Numbered from the stretch's first letter, positions 36,119 to 48,289 are shown. The stretch: 64,000 nt of DNA from Macrostomum lignano (GCA_002269645.1 NIVC01000016.1:1-64000), one strand, 5' to 3'. The notes: generated by a model not told the origin, from the letters alone. Numbers and translations are program-made.

Positions 36119-36840
36119 CTGGTGCTGGCGCCTCTGGTGCTGGCGCCTCTGGTGCTGGCGCCTCTGGTGCTGGCGCCTCTGGTGCTGGCGCCTCTGGTGC
36201 TGGCGCCTCTGGTGCTGGCGCCTCTGGTGCTGGCGCCTCTGGTGCTGGCGCCTCTGGTGCTGGCGCCTCTGGTGCTGGCGCCTCTGGTGCTGGCGCCTCT
36301 GGTGCTGGCGCCTCTGGTGCTGGCGCCTCTGGTGCTGGCGCCTCTGGTGCTGGCGCCCCTGGTGCTGGCGCCTCTGGTGCTGGCGCCTCTGGTGCTGGCG
36401 CCTCTGGTGCTGGCGCCTCTGGTGCTGGCGCCTCTGGTGCTGGCGCCTCTGGTGCTGGCGCCTCTGTTGCTGGCGCCTCTGGTGCTGGCGCCTCTGGTGC
36501 TGGCGCCTCTGGTGCTGGCGCCTCTGGTGCTGGCGCCTCTGGTGCTGGCGCCTCTGGTGCTGGCGCCTCTGGTGCTGGCGCCTCTGGTGCTGGCGCCTCT
36601 GGTGCTGGCGCCTCTGGTGCTGGCGCCTCTGGTGCTGGCGCCTCTGGTGCTGGCGCCTCTGGTGCTGGCGCCTCTGGTGCTGGCGCCTCTGGTGCTGGCG
36701 CCTCTGGTGCTGGCGCCTCTGGTGCTGGCGCCTCTGGTGCTGGCGCCTCTGGTGCTGGCGCCTCTGGTGCTGGCGCCTCTGGTGCTGGCGCCTCTGGTGC
36801 TGGCGCCTCTGGTGCTGGCGCCTCTGGTGCTGGCGCCTCT
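36119..36840. repeat. 15-bp minisatellite (about 48 nearly identical copies)
   Basis: CTGGTGCTGGCGCCT repeated with only two visible substitutions. Confidence 0.98.
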
Positions 36841-37449
36841 CATCAAACGAGGCCCCCTCCCCGAAAGACGCCCCCCAATGCACTAACTGGGTTGGAATAA
36901 ATTTGTATTCATAATTTCCGTCAACAAATACAAAACCTTTGCTGCCCGGAAACGAGTGAGCTGTGAATGAATGCAGGGTTTGATTAATGGCGCCGGACCA
37001 TCAGCTCTGACACGTGGCATTAATATCCGACTGCTCAGGCGGTGATGAGGAAGCACAGAGCAACTGGCCCCGCAGGGCACCTCAGCAACTAATCCTTTAA
37101 ATTCTGCTCTCGCCCCCGTCGATTGGAATTTTTGCTCAAGGACTTCCAACCAGAGTCATGGGCTACCAAAATAGCAGGATGCAGTCCCTCCTGCAGATTT
37201 CTCTGGATGCTGGTTTTCAACTTCTGAACTTTCGAATTGCAAACGATGATATTGACAAAACATATCGGCATAATTTCAGCTGCCCCTGTCTCTCGTGTGT
37301 TTCATTCTCGCCTGAATTTGTCTATGGCAAAACCTCATTCAGCGCTGCGCAAACACAGCAACCAAGGACTACTCAAAGTAGACGGACGGGAAAGTACGTT
37401 TCTTGGAAAGTTTTAGGAGGCCGGTTTTTCGAAAAAAATACATTACGGA

Positions 37450-38110
37450 GATAGGAGATAGAAGACTGTGGCAACAGGGTCGCGTGGCTTAAGTTGAGGG
37501 CCTTCGACTGAAGTTGGCTCCAGACTCTTTGAATCCGCTGCTCGTGCTGAGCCGGTCGCTAAAAAATCGAGCCGCGGTGACTCAAAACCTGCTGGATTTG
37601 ATGGAGCCTGATCCCCTAAGCCTGAGCCTAACTGGGCGACAGATGTCCTCGCAGCAACAGCACCCACAAGTTTCCGTATTAGCCCAGCTATCGCACCTTC
37701 AATCTTCTTTCAGCCGTTCAGCCACTTTTCCTGTCACAAACTCGCCTAGCAACAGCTTTTGCATTGAGGTGGCGCAACGCTTCATCGCCCAGCGGCCGGG
37801 TCCCAGCTTCCTAAATCTATTACCCAGAAACTGGCGGCAATCACCGGCCTCGCCGCCACCGCCTCCGGGCGAGGCTTCAATAAAGCCGGGCGGGTCCCGC
37901 GGGACCTGCTGCTGCAGGCCTAACATAGATCCCCATCTAATCCCTCCCGCTTCCTCCCCTGTGCTCAACAGTTGCTCGAAAAAGTCGGTTGCTATGGGGT
38001 TGACAACTGGGTGGCTGGAGTCTCCCGGGCCCTCATTACGGGTCCCCCATGCCCCCCCGCTGTTTCCCCTTAAAACTCTCTTTGTCACCCCCTCCAATTC
38101 AGAAGGGTTT
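37450..38110 (-). pseudogene. Possible highly decayed non-LTR (CRE/SLACS-like) reverse transcriptase fragment
   Basis: Minus-strand pieces in different frames, LRGNSGGAWGTRNE, TRPLGDEALRHLNAK and AQLGSG, occur in the order expected for RT subdomains 0-2 of CRE-like elements. Similarity is weak and judged by eye. Confidence 0.25.
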
Positions 38111-39369
38111 TCGAAGAGCTCTCCAGACTTTGAGAGGTTGCGAACGAAATGATGTCGGAGAAGCTTCTCAATTTATCATCAGTTAAAGTGCAACTTTATT
38201 TAATTGGTGTTTGTTCGATGTCAGATGTGAAGGCAGTTGTGGAGGTTTTGCCATAGACAGCCAGTCTCACACAGTTGTTAATTTGTGTGTCAACAGTTTG
38301 AGCAGGGTTGAGCAGCATTGAACTGGGTGAATCTGGGCTCAGAATCTCTAAAGCCCGTATTAAGAAGCTCTCCATCACCTCCTCCCCATCTAGCCATCAA
38401 TTTGCAGCTTCCTACCCTCATCCCCGGATGGGGAAGTGAAATCTCTCCCCCAGCCGGAGAACCACTGCCTCAACGACTCTCAACAATGTTTTTATCGCTG
38501 TAATGACCGGTTGACACGCTCACAGCAGGGGGCCCCATCTGCTGTCTGACTCTCCCCAACTTTCTGTCGCGGTAAGGTGGTCCCTTAATGGACACTTAAA
38601 ACATCTGGACTGGCCCAAATTTTGCCTTCTGTAGTGGAAAAGCTTGCATGTACATTCTCTGCGCTTTGGGGGCTGGCCCCTCCCAATATTCGGCAGTTTC
38701 CATTCCAGAAATCCAACCAAAGGTCCATGACTCCTTTCGGCGGAGCAAATTTGCCTGATTTTTTCCTTATTTTTTTACGACTTGTCCTCCAGTGTTTTTA
38801 GAGCTTATCCGGCCCGCCTCTGCCGCATGGATCTGCGTTTCGGTGCAACATAAAAAAGCGCAAGCAGCTCCTGTCGCACGTGACGCCCGCAAGCCTCCGG
38901 TGTCATTCCGTCAGTCAGAAGCTCAAAAAGTGTTTTAATTGTGCCGCCTTGCCGCCATAAATTTGAGATGTTTTCAGTCGTGTACAAGCCGTGTGAATGA
39001 GATTCCTTCTCTCTCTGGGCCACCCCAGAGGGATTATAAAAAAGTTAGCAAAGCACCCGCCAATTCCAATCTGTGTGTAAACTGCATCCAAGCCATGCGC
39101 AGATGGTCAGTCTCTGCGGGGGGGACCAGCCTATAGCTGAATCCCTATGTATACCGTGAGTGCAGCTATTGTATGAATATAAGATTTCGGCACTTGAGAT
39201 CTTAATTGGTGAATATTGCTTAACACTGTTCTTGGACCAGAATTATGAGTTCGAGACATTATTAAATCACGGGGCTAACGATGCGGACTGGTTATCTCTG
39301 GATCTGGGGATGCAGGATGCTTTGCTCTGCGGTGCATTGCCTGGCTACCACGTAGCTCTCTCCAGCTGT

Positions 39370-39970
39370 CTGACTCTCACACTCTCTGACTCTCAGCCTC
39401 TCTTTGATTCTCACCCTCTTTCTGACTCTCAACCCTCTCTCTGACTCTCAACCCTCTCTCTGACTCTCACTCTCTCTCTCTGATTCTCACCCTCTCTCTG
39501 ACTCTCACCCTCTCTCTGACACTCATCCTCTCTCTGACTCTCACCCTCTCTTTGAATCTCACTCTCTCTCTGACTCTCACTCTCTCTCTGATTCTCACCC
39601 TCTCTCTGATTCTCACCCTCTCTCTGACTCTCACCCTCTCTCTGACTCTCACCCTCTCTCTGACTCTCACCCTCTCTCTCTGATTCTCACCCTTGCTCTG
39701 ACTCTCACCCTCTCTCTGACACTCATCCTCTCTCTGACTCTCACCCTCTCTCTGATTCTCACCCTCTCTCTGATTCTCACCCTCTCTCTGACTCTCACCC
39801 TCTCTCTCTCTGACTCTCACCCTCTCTCTCTCTGATTCTCACCCTTGCTCTGACTCTCACCCTCTCTCTGACACTCATCCTCTCTCTGACTCTCACCCTC
39901 TCTCTGACTCTCACCCTCTCTGACTCTCCCTCTCTCTAATTCTCACCCTCTCTCTTACTCTCACCCACTC
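39370..39970 (+). repeat. 18-bp minisatellite array A
   Basis: CTCTCTGACTCTCACCCT with GATTCTCAC and GACACTCATC variants. Confidence 0.93.
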
Positions 39971-40459
39971 TCACTGAATTCAACCCTGATCTCAGCTCTT
40001 CGACACCCACCCCTTCCTCTTATGCTCAAGGGCACTCAGACTCTCCCCGCATCCATCGCGCTTAATCTTGGAGCCTTTTCTGTCTTCACAACCGGCATCT
40101 CAATTCATTTTTATAGAATTTGTTTCGCCCCAGGCCGCCTCTCTGTCTCAGCACAGTCGCTCATCTGGCTGTCAATCCCAGCCGTCTCAGACGCAAAAAA
40201 CTGCTCCGTCTCTCAAAAAGATTTTGCGCCAAGATCGATGGGTTGCTTGCAACAGGGGGTCAACACGCGCCCCATCAGAGAGTCGGTACGCAGTGGGCAT
40301 TGGGATCGAATTTCCCATGAAGATCCCCACTTTGTTTTCTGTTCCGTTTTTATTCGGTGAAATTTGAACATGAGGGCAGAGATTGATCAGTAGAGGAGGC
40401 CGTGAAGCAGAATCTGGATTGGAGCGCCAAGTCTTCTCAGCTCAGTTCAGACTGAAGCT

Positions 40460-40880
40460 GACTGTCTCTGACTGTCCCCCCCTCTCCGACTGTCACCCTC
40501 TCTGACTCTCACCCCCTCTGACTCTCACCCCTTCTGACTCTCAGCCTCTCTCTGACTCTCAGCCTCTCTCTGACTCTCACCCCCTCTGACTCTCACCCTC
40601 TCTATGACTCTCACTCTCTCTGACTGTCACCCCCTCTAAATCTCACCCTCTCTCTGACTCTCACCCTCTCTCTGATTGTCACCCCCTCTGACTCCCACCC
40701 CCTTTGACTCTCACCCCCTCTGACTCTCAGCCTCTCTCTGCTCTCAGCCTCTCTCTGACTCTCAGCCTCTCTCTGACTCTCAGCCTCTCTCTGACTCTCA
40801 CTCTCTCTGACTCTCACCCTCTCTCTGATTACCCCCACTCTCCAAGTCTTACCCTCTCGCTCTCTGACTACCTTTCTGCC
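40460..40880 (+). repeat. Related 16-18-bp array B (more degenerate)
   Basis: CTCTGACTCTCACCCC / CTCTCTGACTCTCAGC units. Confidence 0.9.
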
Positions 40881-41189
40881 TCATAACCCTTGTAGTCTGT
40901 CAATGTGTCGGTTTTGTGGGGAGATGGCAGTCCAGATTTTGGCTCAAGGTCACCTTGAGTCACTCATTGTCCGGCATAAAAAATGGGTAACTGCTAGCCA
41001 ACTGGTTCCACGAGGCGGCAAGCTCTGATCTGACAGGACTAAACCTGGCGTGATGGCGCCCTCATCATGTCCGGTGACCGGCCGCCGTCACGGAACTCGA
41101 ACCGAAGACCACTCAAATCGGGACAGTAAAATTGGCAGGCCAGAAACTTCACAAGGACCACGGGCCTACGGGCTTGAATTGTCGAAATC

Positions 41190-41775
41190 TGAGAGAGAGT
41201 AGTGAGAGTCAGATAAAGAGGTTGATTGTTAGAGAGGGTAAGAATCAGAGAGGGAATGACATAATGAGAATCAGAGAGACAGGGTGGGAGTCAGAGAGAG
41301 GGTGAGAGTCGGAGAGAGGCTGAGAGTCAGAGAGAGGGTGAGAGTCAGAGAGAGGGTGAGAGTCAGAGAGAGGGTGAGAGTCAGAGAGAAGGAGAGTCAG
41401 AGAGAGGATGAGTGTCAGAGAGAGGGTGAGAGTCAGAGAGAGGGTGAGAGTCGGAGAGAGGGTGAGAATCAGAGAGAGGGTGAGAATCAGAGAGAGGGTG
41501 AGTGTCAGAGAGAGGGTGAGAGTCAGAGAGAGGGTGAGAGTCAGAGAGAGGGTGAGAGTCAGAGAGAGGGTGAGAGTCAGAGAGAGGGTGAGAGTCAGAG
41601 AGAGGATGAGTGTCAGAGAGAGGGTGAGAGTCAGAGAGAGGATGAGTGTCAGAGAGAGGGTGAGAGTCAGAGAGAGGGTGAGAGTCAGAGAGAGGTTGAG
41701 AGTCAGAGAGAGGGTGAGAATCAGACAGAGGGTGAGAGTCAGAGGGTGAATCAGAGAGATGGTGAGAGTCAGAGC
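41190..41775 (-). repeat. 18-bp array C, inverted copy of array A
   Basis: GAGAGTCAGAGAGAGGGT is the reverse complement of the array A unit and includes the same variants (GGATGAGTGTCAG, GGTGAGAATCAG). Confidence 0.93.
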
Positions 41776-42095
41776 GGCAAGAGTAATGGATTAAACTATT
41801 TGGCATAGACAAACGACCACAGTAGCAGAAATTCTCAATTCTGAGGTTCAATCCCACATGAGAAGTATTTGTGCTTATATATACCCCCCCTTATATCTGC
41901 ACCCCCCGTTGCATTAGGAGTAGGAGAATAAAAAAAAAATTATTAAAATTGTAAACGCACGCCGCTCTCGTATCATTTTAGTCGCTATGGCTTTTTCAAA
42001 AGTTTATTGTGCCAGAGTAAACAACAGGTTTGGCTTTGATACATGTACATTGCAATAGCGACTAGCAGGTAAAGTTTGGAGCAGGCATTGCCAAG

Positions 42096-45000
42096 TCACA
42101 CTGTTTCAACTTTCATCGCTTTCTCAGCCTCGCCCCTGCAGCAGGCCCGGGACTCCAGGTGCTTGCTAAGATAGGCGCGCAGTGCGAAGCCCCGGCCGCA
42201 CCTGTGGCACCGGTGCTGCCTCTCACCGGTGTGGGTCTGCATGTGCGCGCGCAGGTTGGACCGGTCGGCGAATGCGCGACCGCAGTGCGCGCATCCGAAA
42301 GGTTTTTCGCCTGTTGGTTGAGAGTTCGAGACGGTCTGTAGATGCGTCTGGAGATGTCTAGGGATTTCAGCGCTAGAGAGTTATCTCTAGCTGGATCTGT
42401 GAATGCACTTTCTATGGATCTATAGATCGAAGGCGTGTCTAAGGCTCAAAAACATTGTATAGATCTATAGATGCTGGATAGATACATGTCTATAATATTT
42501 AGATCTATAGATGCATAGTATCTAAATCTATATATACATGGCTAGATAAATATATTCACTGTATCAGGTATCGTGTATCTAGATCTATAGATGCATAGTG
42601 TCTAGATCTATAGGTACACTGTGTCTAGATCTATAGGTGCACTGTATCTAGGATATATGGATACACGGTGTCTAGATATATAGATATACAGTGTCTAGAT
42701 CTATAAATACACAGTGTCTAGATCTATAGATACACAGTGTCTAGATTTATAAATACACTCTGTCTAGATCTATAGATACACAGTGTCTAGATCGATAGAT
42801 ACACAGTGTCTAGATCTATAGATACACAGTGTCTAGATCGATAGATACACAGTGTCTAGATCTATAGATACACAGTGTCTAGATCGATAGATACACAGTG
42901 TCTAGATCTATAGATACACAGTGTCTAGATCTATAGATACACAGTGTCTAGATATATAGATACACAGTGTCTATATCTATAGATACACAGTGTCTAGATC
43001 TATAGATACACAGTGTCTAGATCGATAGATACACAGTGTCTAGATCTATAGATACACAGTGTCTAGATCGATAGATACACAGTGTCTAGATCTATAGATA
43101 CACAGTGTCTAGATCGATAGATACACAGTGTCTAGATCGATAGATACACAGTGTCTAGATCGATAGATACACAGTGTCTAGATATATAGATAAACAGTGT
43201 CTAGATCTATAGATACACAGATTCAGGCCGGGCTGCTCTCCTCACCGGTGTGAGCCCTGAGGTGGCCGCTCAGTAACCAGGGCCGGCTGAAGGACTTGCC
43301 GCACACGTGGCAGCGGTGCTTCAGGCTGTGCGTCATCAGGTGCATCGCCAGGGCCGGCATGGACACGTAGGCCTTGCCGCAGTGCTGGCAGCGCCGAGCT
43401 CCCTGACTGTCGAGACTCCGATGCGTCTGGCGGTGCCGGCTGAGGTTGCTGGAGGTGGCGTAGCTCCGGCCGCAGTCCGAGCATTCGAACCGGCTGGCCC
43501 GGCTCCGCTCCTTTGTCGGCGACTTCGGCGGCCGCCCAGCGCCGCTGCCGACACGTCGGGAGGAGCGACCGTCGCTAGCCAGAAAGGCGTCGATGGTGTA
43601 CCTGACTGTGGAGCTCGGCTGGCTGTCGTCATCTGCCAGGAGCTCCTTCGCTGCTGATGAAGGCGGAGGCTGCTCCTGCGACGGCGCCTGCGGCTGCGGC
43701 AGATGCTGAAGCGCCCGAAGCTGCGGTGTCTGCCAGTCTTTCGTTGCGATCGGATAAGAGCCTGCGGGGAGTAGTTTTACAGTACAGATTTGTTTAACAT
43801 TGCAGCGCCTCTCGGCACAGAAGCGCCATTTACTCAGAACAGAAGCGCCATTCACCCAGAACAGAAGCGCCATTCACCCAGAACAGAAGCGCCATTCACC
43901 CAGAACAGAAGCGCCATTCACCCAGAACAGAAGCGCCATTCTCCCAGAACAGAAGCGCCATTCATCCAGAACAGAAGCGCCATTCACCCAGAACAGAAGC
44001 GCCATTCACTCAGAACAGAAGCGCCATTCACCCAGAACAGAAGCGCCATTCACCCAGAACAGAAGCGCCATTCACCCAGAACAGAAGCGCCATTCACCCA
44101 GAACAGAAGCGCCATTCATCCAGAACAGAAGCGCCATTCACTCAGAACAGAAGCGCCATTCACCCAGAACAGAAGCGCCATTCACCCAGAACAGAAGCGC
44201 CATTCACCCAGAACAGAAGCGCCATTCACCCAGAACAGAAGCGCCATTCACTCAGAACAGAAGCGCCATTCACCTAGAACAGAAGCGCCATTCACCCAGA
44301 ACAGAAGCGCCATTCACCCAGAACAGAAGCGCCATTCACCCAGAACAGAAGCGCCACCCAACACAGTGCTAAGGATGATCTTTATAAACCTATCGGTATC
44401 AATTCCAGCCAATGCACTGGATATATACATATATCAGTGCAAATTTAGCTTTGTTCATGGGCGGTAGAAATAATGAAATCTTATATAGTTGCTAAGCTGA
44501 TTGCTACAGAACTGAACAGCTGCAAGCAACAGTCAGGCTGCCTTTCTCTGTCCCTTCTCTCCCCCCCCCCCCCTGTCATCGAGTTCGCATCAGCGAACAA
44601 AGGATTGTTTCTTCTTTGGAGAGAAAAAAATGACACCAAATGATAGCATTGGAGATGCCTAATAATAAAACATGACTCTGAGCGGGCATAAGGATACAGA
44701 AATGACATCTGGCTCCCTCCACACGCTGCTGTCTGTGAAACCCTCCCTGTTCTCGGCATCTCTTCACCCATCTTTGAGCACAAGTTCTGCTCTGATGGTT
44801 TTAAATAGATCTTGGTTTAAAAAATTATTTTTTCAAATCTGTTGCTATTTGGTACATGAGACATCGAGGGAGAGGTTCGTCCTACAGCAGTCCTTGGAGT
44901 TAATTATTTGTGTCTTCCCTCTCTAACAAAAAACTTCTTGCTCGAATCGTTATTCGTGCGTAAACTTTGCTCCTTTGTCATGTCCCACACAGATTGAAGA

Positions 45001-45587
45001 GACAAACCGTTTGGTATATTTTAAGAAATTGACAAAATTCTTAAAAAGAACAATTCAAATCTGCATTTATTTTCCAAGAGATTTATAGATAACAATCGAC
45101 TTAGGTTTTTAAGAAACAGATAAGAAGCAGAAAACTTTCCGAGAAACGAGAGACAGAAAACATTTTTTAAGATCAGAATTCTAAGAAAGAATATTTAAAA
45201 TCCCGCTAACTTTTCTAAAAAAAATACTGATTTTTCCAAGAAACAAAATGGCAAAAACATTTTTGCTCAGAAGTCGACTTGGCTTTTTAAGAAAAAGGAT
45301 TTATTTCCGATCGAATTTCTAAGAAACCGGTCGTATTTTCTAAGAAACTCACCAATCGCGGCGCCGGCGAGCTGCAGCTGGTGGCGCCACCAGGCAGCCG
45401 CGGCGGCAACTTGCTGATAGAAGCGCAGATTTTCTTCCAGGAGTGCCGCGGCAGAACTGGAAGCAGAGTCTGCAACACTCGAAGAGCTCGATAACGCGGT
45501 TCCTTGTACTGACAACTGCTGCTGCATCAACAGCTGGCAGCTTCTGGCGATGAGAGCACTTGAACTCAATGGGTCTGACTGGTCCAT
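42096..45587 (-). CDS. scrt: Scratch-family (Snail superfamily) C2H2 zinc-finger transcription factor
   Basis: Exons 45587-45353, 43761-43246 and 42310-42096 have GT-AG boundaries and phases 1,1. Scratch domain YTIDAFLASDGRSSRR. Five fingers: CSDCGRSYATSSNLSRHRQTH, CQHCGKAYVSMPALAMHLMTH, CHVCGKSFSRPWLLSGHLRAH, CAHCGRAFADRSNLRAHMQTH, CHRCGRGFALRAYLSKHLESRAC. Confidence 0.93.
42560..43220. repeat. 23-bp palindromic intronic minisatellite (about 27 copies)
   Basis: CAGTGTCTAGATCTATAGATACA repeated; it contains the palindromes TCTAGA, AGATCT and ATCTATAGAT. Confidence 0.95.
43815..44355. repeat. 22-bp intronic minisatellite (about 24 copies)
   Basis: CAGAACAGAAGCGCCATTCACC repeated. Confidence 0.96.
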
Positions 45588-45894
45588 GAGATTGATTGAT
45601 GAAGGGAAGCAGTGAGCAGGAGAGGAGCTTGAGATTTTCTGGGCCAGTTCTCAAATTTATGCCCAGAGATTGGGGTGGTGGGGATGGTTTGGCCTGAGCG
45701 GGATTCGCGGGAAGGGGAAGTCGCCAGCCCCGCTAGCCAATGAGAGCGGCTCCGACTCGAGCCGGGATCCACAATAATTCCTCTTCTATGAATATTCTTC
45801 CTAAACTTCTGAGAAGTCGCACTTCAGTTCATAAATTCGAGGATCTTTTAATCTCATAATCTTAATCTCTTTAGTCTTTCTTAATCTCTTCACT

Positions 45895-46730
45895 ACCGAT
45901 CCTAACGAATCCACTCCCCTAAACTACCGATCCTGTTGAATCCGCCCCCTACAAACTACCGATCCTGGTGAATCCGCCCCCTACAAACTACCGATCCTGT
46001 TGAATTCGCCCCCTACAAACTACCGATCCTGGTGAATCCGCCCCTACAAACTACCGATCCTGGTGAATCCGCCCCCTACAAACTACCGATCCTGGTGAAT
46101 CCGCCCCCTACAAACTACCGATCCTGGTGAATCCGCCCCCTACAAACTACCGATCCTGGTGAATCCGCCCCCTACAAACTACCGATCCTGGTGAATTCGC
46201 CCCCTACAAACTACCGATCCTGGTGAATCCGCCCCCTACAAACTACCGATCCTGGTGAATCCGCCCCCTACAAACTACCGATCCTGGTGAATCCGCCCCC
46301 TACAAACTACCGATCCTGGTGAATCCGCCCCCTACAAACTACCGATCCTGTTGAATTCGCCCCCTACAAACTACCGATCCTGGTGAATCCGCCCCCTACA
46401 AACTACCGATCCTGGTGAATCCGCCCCCTACAAACTACCGATCCTGGTGAATCCGCCCCCTACAAACTACCGATCCTGGTGAATCCGCCCCCTACAAACT
46501 ACCGATCCTGGTGAATCCGCCCCTACAAACTACCGATCCTGGTGAATCCGCCCCCTACAAACTACCGATCCTGGTGAATCCGCCCCCTACAAACTACCGA
46601 TCCTGGTGAATCCGCCCCCTACAAACTACCGATCCTGGTGAATCCGCCCCCTAAACTACCGATCCTAGTGAATCCGCCCCCTACAAACTACCAATCCTGG
46701 TGAATCCGCCCCCCCCTAAACTACCGAAGA
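45895..46730. repeat. 32-bp minisatellite (about 25 copies) upstream of scratch; each unit has a GC box
   Basis: CTACCGATCCTGGTGAATCCGCCCCCTACAAA repeated; the minus strand reads GGGGGCGGAT. Confidence 0.96.
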
Positions 46731-47129
46731 GAACAACTCTACCTATAGGGGATGCATGGGATTTTGTTATTCGTCCCAGGACGCTGATGGGATAAAAACT
46801 TGATCCACCTCATTCCTCCGTCTCTGGGATTTGAAATTTCAGAGCCCACCACATCCAGCAGTTGGTTTAGCGTGACAACTGACAGACCTGATTATTAATT
46901 ATTCACGAGTGTCTGATTCGGAAGCAGGTATTTAGCAATTAGCTGCGGAGAAAAATTTCAGCTGCTTTTTCTGACAGAATTTTTTCTTCCACCTTAACAG
47001 TTTGGAGTTCGGGTGAAGCTGGGGTGCCCGGGTCCTGATGAAGAAAAACATGAGCTAGATAGTAAGGATTCTTTATAGCAGTAGCAGGGGTCTTTTATGT
47101 AATGAAGATTGCCTGCGATTTCACGTGAT

Positions 47130-47795
47130 TGGGAGAAGTGTGGGGATTAGGAGAGGTGAGGGGATTAGGAAAGGTGAGGGGATTAGGAGAGGTGAGGGGA
47201 TTAGGAAAGGTGAGGGGATTAGGAGAGGTGAGGGGATTAGGAAAGGTGAGGGGATTAGGAGAGGTGTGGGGATTAGGAGAAGTGGGGGGATTAGGAGAGG
47301 TGTGGGGATTAGGAGAAGTGGGGGGATTAGGAGAGGTGTGGGGATTAGGAGAAGTGGGGGGATTAGGAGAGGTGTGGGGATTAGGAGAAGTGGGGGGATT
47401 AGGAGAGGTGTGTGGATTAGGAGAGGTGAGGGGATTAGGAGAGGTGAGGGGATTAGGAAAGGTGAGGGGAATAGGAAAGGTGAGGGGATTAGGAAAGGTG
47501 AGGGGATTAGGAGAGGTGAGGGGATTAGGAAAGGTGAGGGGATTAGGAGAGGTGAGGGGATTAGGAGAGGTGAGGGGATTAGGAGAGGTGAGGGGAATAG
47601 GAAAGGTGAGGGGATTAGGAGAGGTGAGGGGATTAGGAAAGGTGAGGGGATTAGGAAAGGTGAGGGGATTAGGAAAGGTGAGGGAATTAGGAGGGGTGAG
47701 GGGATTAGGAGAGGTGAGGGGATTAGGAGAGGTGAGGGGATTAGGAAAGGTGAGGGGATTAGGAGAGGTGAGGGGATTAGGAGAGGTGTGTGGAT
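47130..47795. repeat. 18-bp G-rich minisatellite (about 36 copies)
   Basis: GGGGATTAGGAGAGGTGA repeated. Confidence 0.96.
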
Positions 47796-48289
47796 TAGTA
47801 GAAATGGGGGGATCTGCCGAGAATTAGCAGCACTTAAGCAGAAAAAGTGTTTTAATCCGAGCGCAAATGCTGAAGTGAATCACAAAGGCATAAAGAGGCC
47901 ATAAAGAGCTTTAGTCTTTCAGAATTTAAAGTTCCCAGAGTTTTGCAAACTTGTCTAAAAAATAACAATTATTTTCATTTCCTTGATGTAACCAGCCACA
48001 ATAATTAATTATTCATGCCTTGCAAAACATCGCAAATCAGCAATGAATGAAGCTCTGCACGGTTGAATATGGTAAACGCCAAGCCTTGATTCGGTTTTCA
48101 GTAGGGCGCCTTGCATGTAGCTGTCGATTGCAGTGCGCAGGCATGCAGTAGTGGCATCGGCTGCACCCAAACTCTGCCGCGCTGTGAGCAACTGATTTAT
48201 TTTCTCAAATGGTGCGTCCGTGACTGGCTGCGCTTTCCGGCTCCTCCTGCTGCCTGGTGAGATTTGGCCTGGGGCCGCCACTGCACTAG

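Noticed and set aside
35962-36914. Four overlapping ORFs of 256-294 aa (RGAST, VLAPL, CWRLW, QRRQH)
   Set aside because: A 15-bp tandem repeat is open in several frames on both strands, with no coding asymmetry.
47130-47795. TTAGG-containing G-rich array as interstitial telomere
   Set aside because: The unit is an 18-mer (GGGGATTAGGAGAGGTGA), not (TTAGGG)n or (TTAGG)n.
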